Source: Macrostomum lignano (lineage: Eukaryota). Taken from it: a stretch of DNA of 64,000 nucleotides. The DNA lies in contig NIVC01002898.1 in assembly GCA_002269645.1 (NCBI GenBank), positions 67,196-131,195 of the forward strand, given 5' to 3'. The position numbers and the translations under genes are program-made. Below the pieces are notes generated by a model. It was not told the origin of the DNA. It did not search any database and worked only from the letters and a program-made list of their open reading frames with translations. Numbering within the stretch: the stretch's first letter is position 1; each line of letters starts with the position of its first letter. Of this stretch, positions 63,762 to 64,000 are shown piece by piece.

Positions 63762-64000
63762 GGGTGATTCTGGAGCATGATGCAGTGAGTAACTGAAGGT
63801 TCAGGTCCAGGGTGATTCTGAGCATGATGCGGGGAGTAGCTGAGATTCGGGTCCAGGGTGATTCTGGAGCATGATGCGGGGAGTAGCTGAGATTCGGGTC
63901 CAGGGTGATTCTGGAGCATGATGCGGTGAGTAGTGAGATTCGGGTCCAGGGTGATTCTGAGGCATGATGCGGTGAGTAGCTGAGATTCGGGTCCAGGGTG
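63747..64000. repeat. 46/47-bp minisatellite starting at the TEP exon/intron junction; truncated by the window end
   Basis: Unit TGAGATTCGGGTCCAGGGTGATTCTGGAGCATGATGCGG(T/G)GAGTAGC. Confidence 0.92.

Overview
Animal (metazoan) genomic DNA, not prokaryotic. GC-rich exons sit in AT-rich DNA with GT-AG introns, and most introns hold a minisatellite; this resembles the flatworm Macrostomum, which is inference only. I reconstructed five conserved genes exon by exon: ZFYVE1/DFCP1 (+, 7 exons, 891 aa), eIF5 (+, 4 exons, 467 aa, preceded by uORFs, two in poor start context), intronless CEP20/FOPNL (-, 145 aa), an SLC46-family MFS transporter (-, 6 exons, about 577 aa) and the 5' part of an alpha-2-macroglobulin/TEP (Mcr/CD109-like) gene (+, with several frameshifts, running out of the window). 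There is also a candidate orphan membrane-protein gene. Nearly all long ORFs in the supplied track are artefacts of stop-free tandem repeats. The main unexplained structures are four. (1) An 11.9-kb foldback DNA transposon (44828-56730) with 3.1/4.1-kb inverted arms, G-rich internal arrays and an exact 7-bp target-site duplication (TTGAAAA). Its architecture is Galileo/P-like and no transposase is recognisable. (2) A 289-bp MITE (14-bp TIR, 8-bp TSD), nested in a dead mariner, carrying a 64-nt copy of the 28S rRNA helix-69 region in which the R2/I-PpoI cleavage block is replaced. (3) A head-to-head gene pair whose first exons share a 72-bp inverted duplicate, including the splice donor, read in two different frames. 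(4) Intron-specific minisatellites, one family shared between two genes and one seeded on a splice junction. All family assignments come from my recall of motifs; no database search was run.
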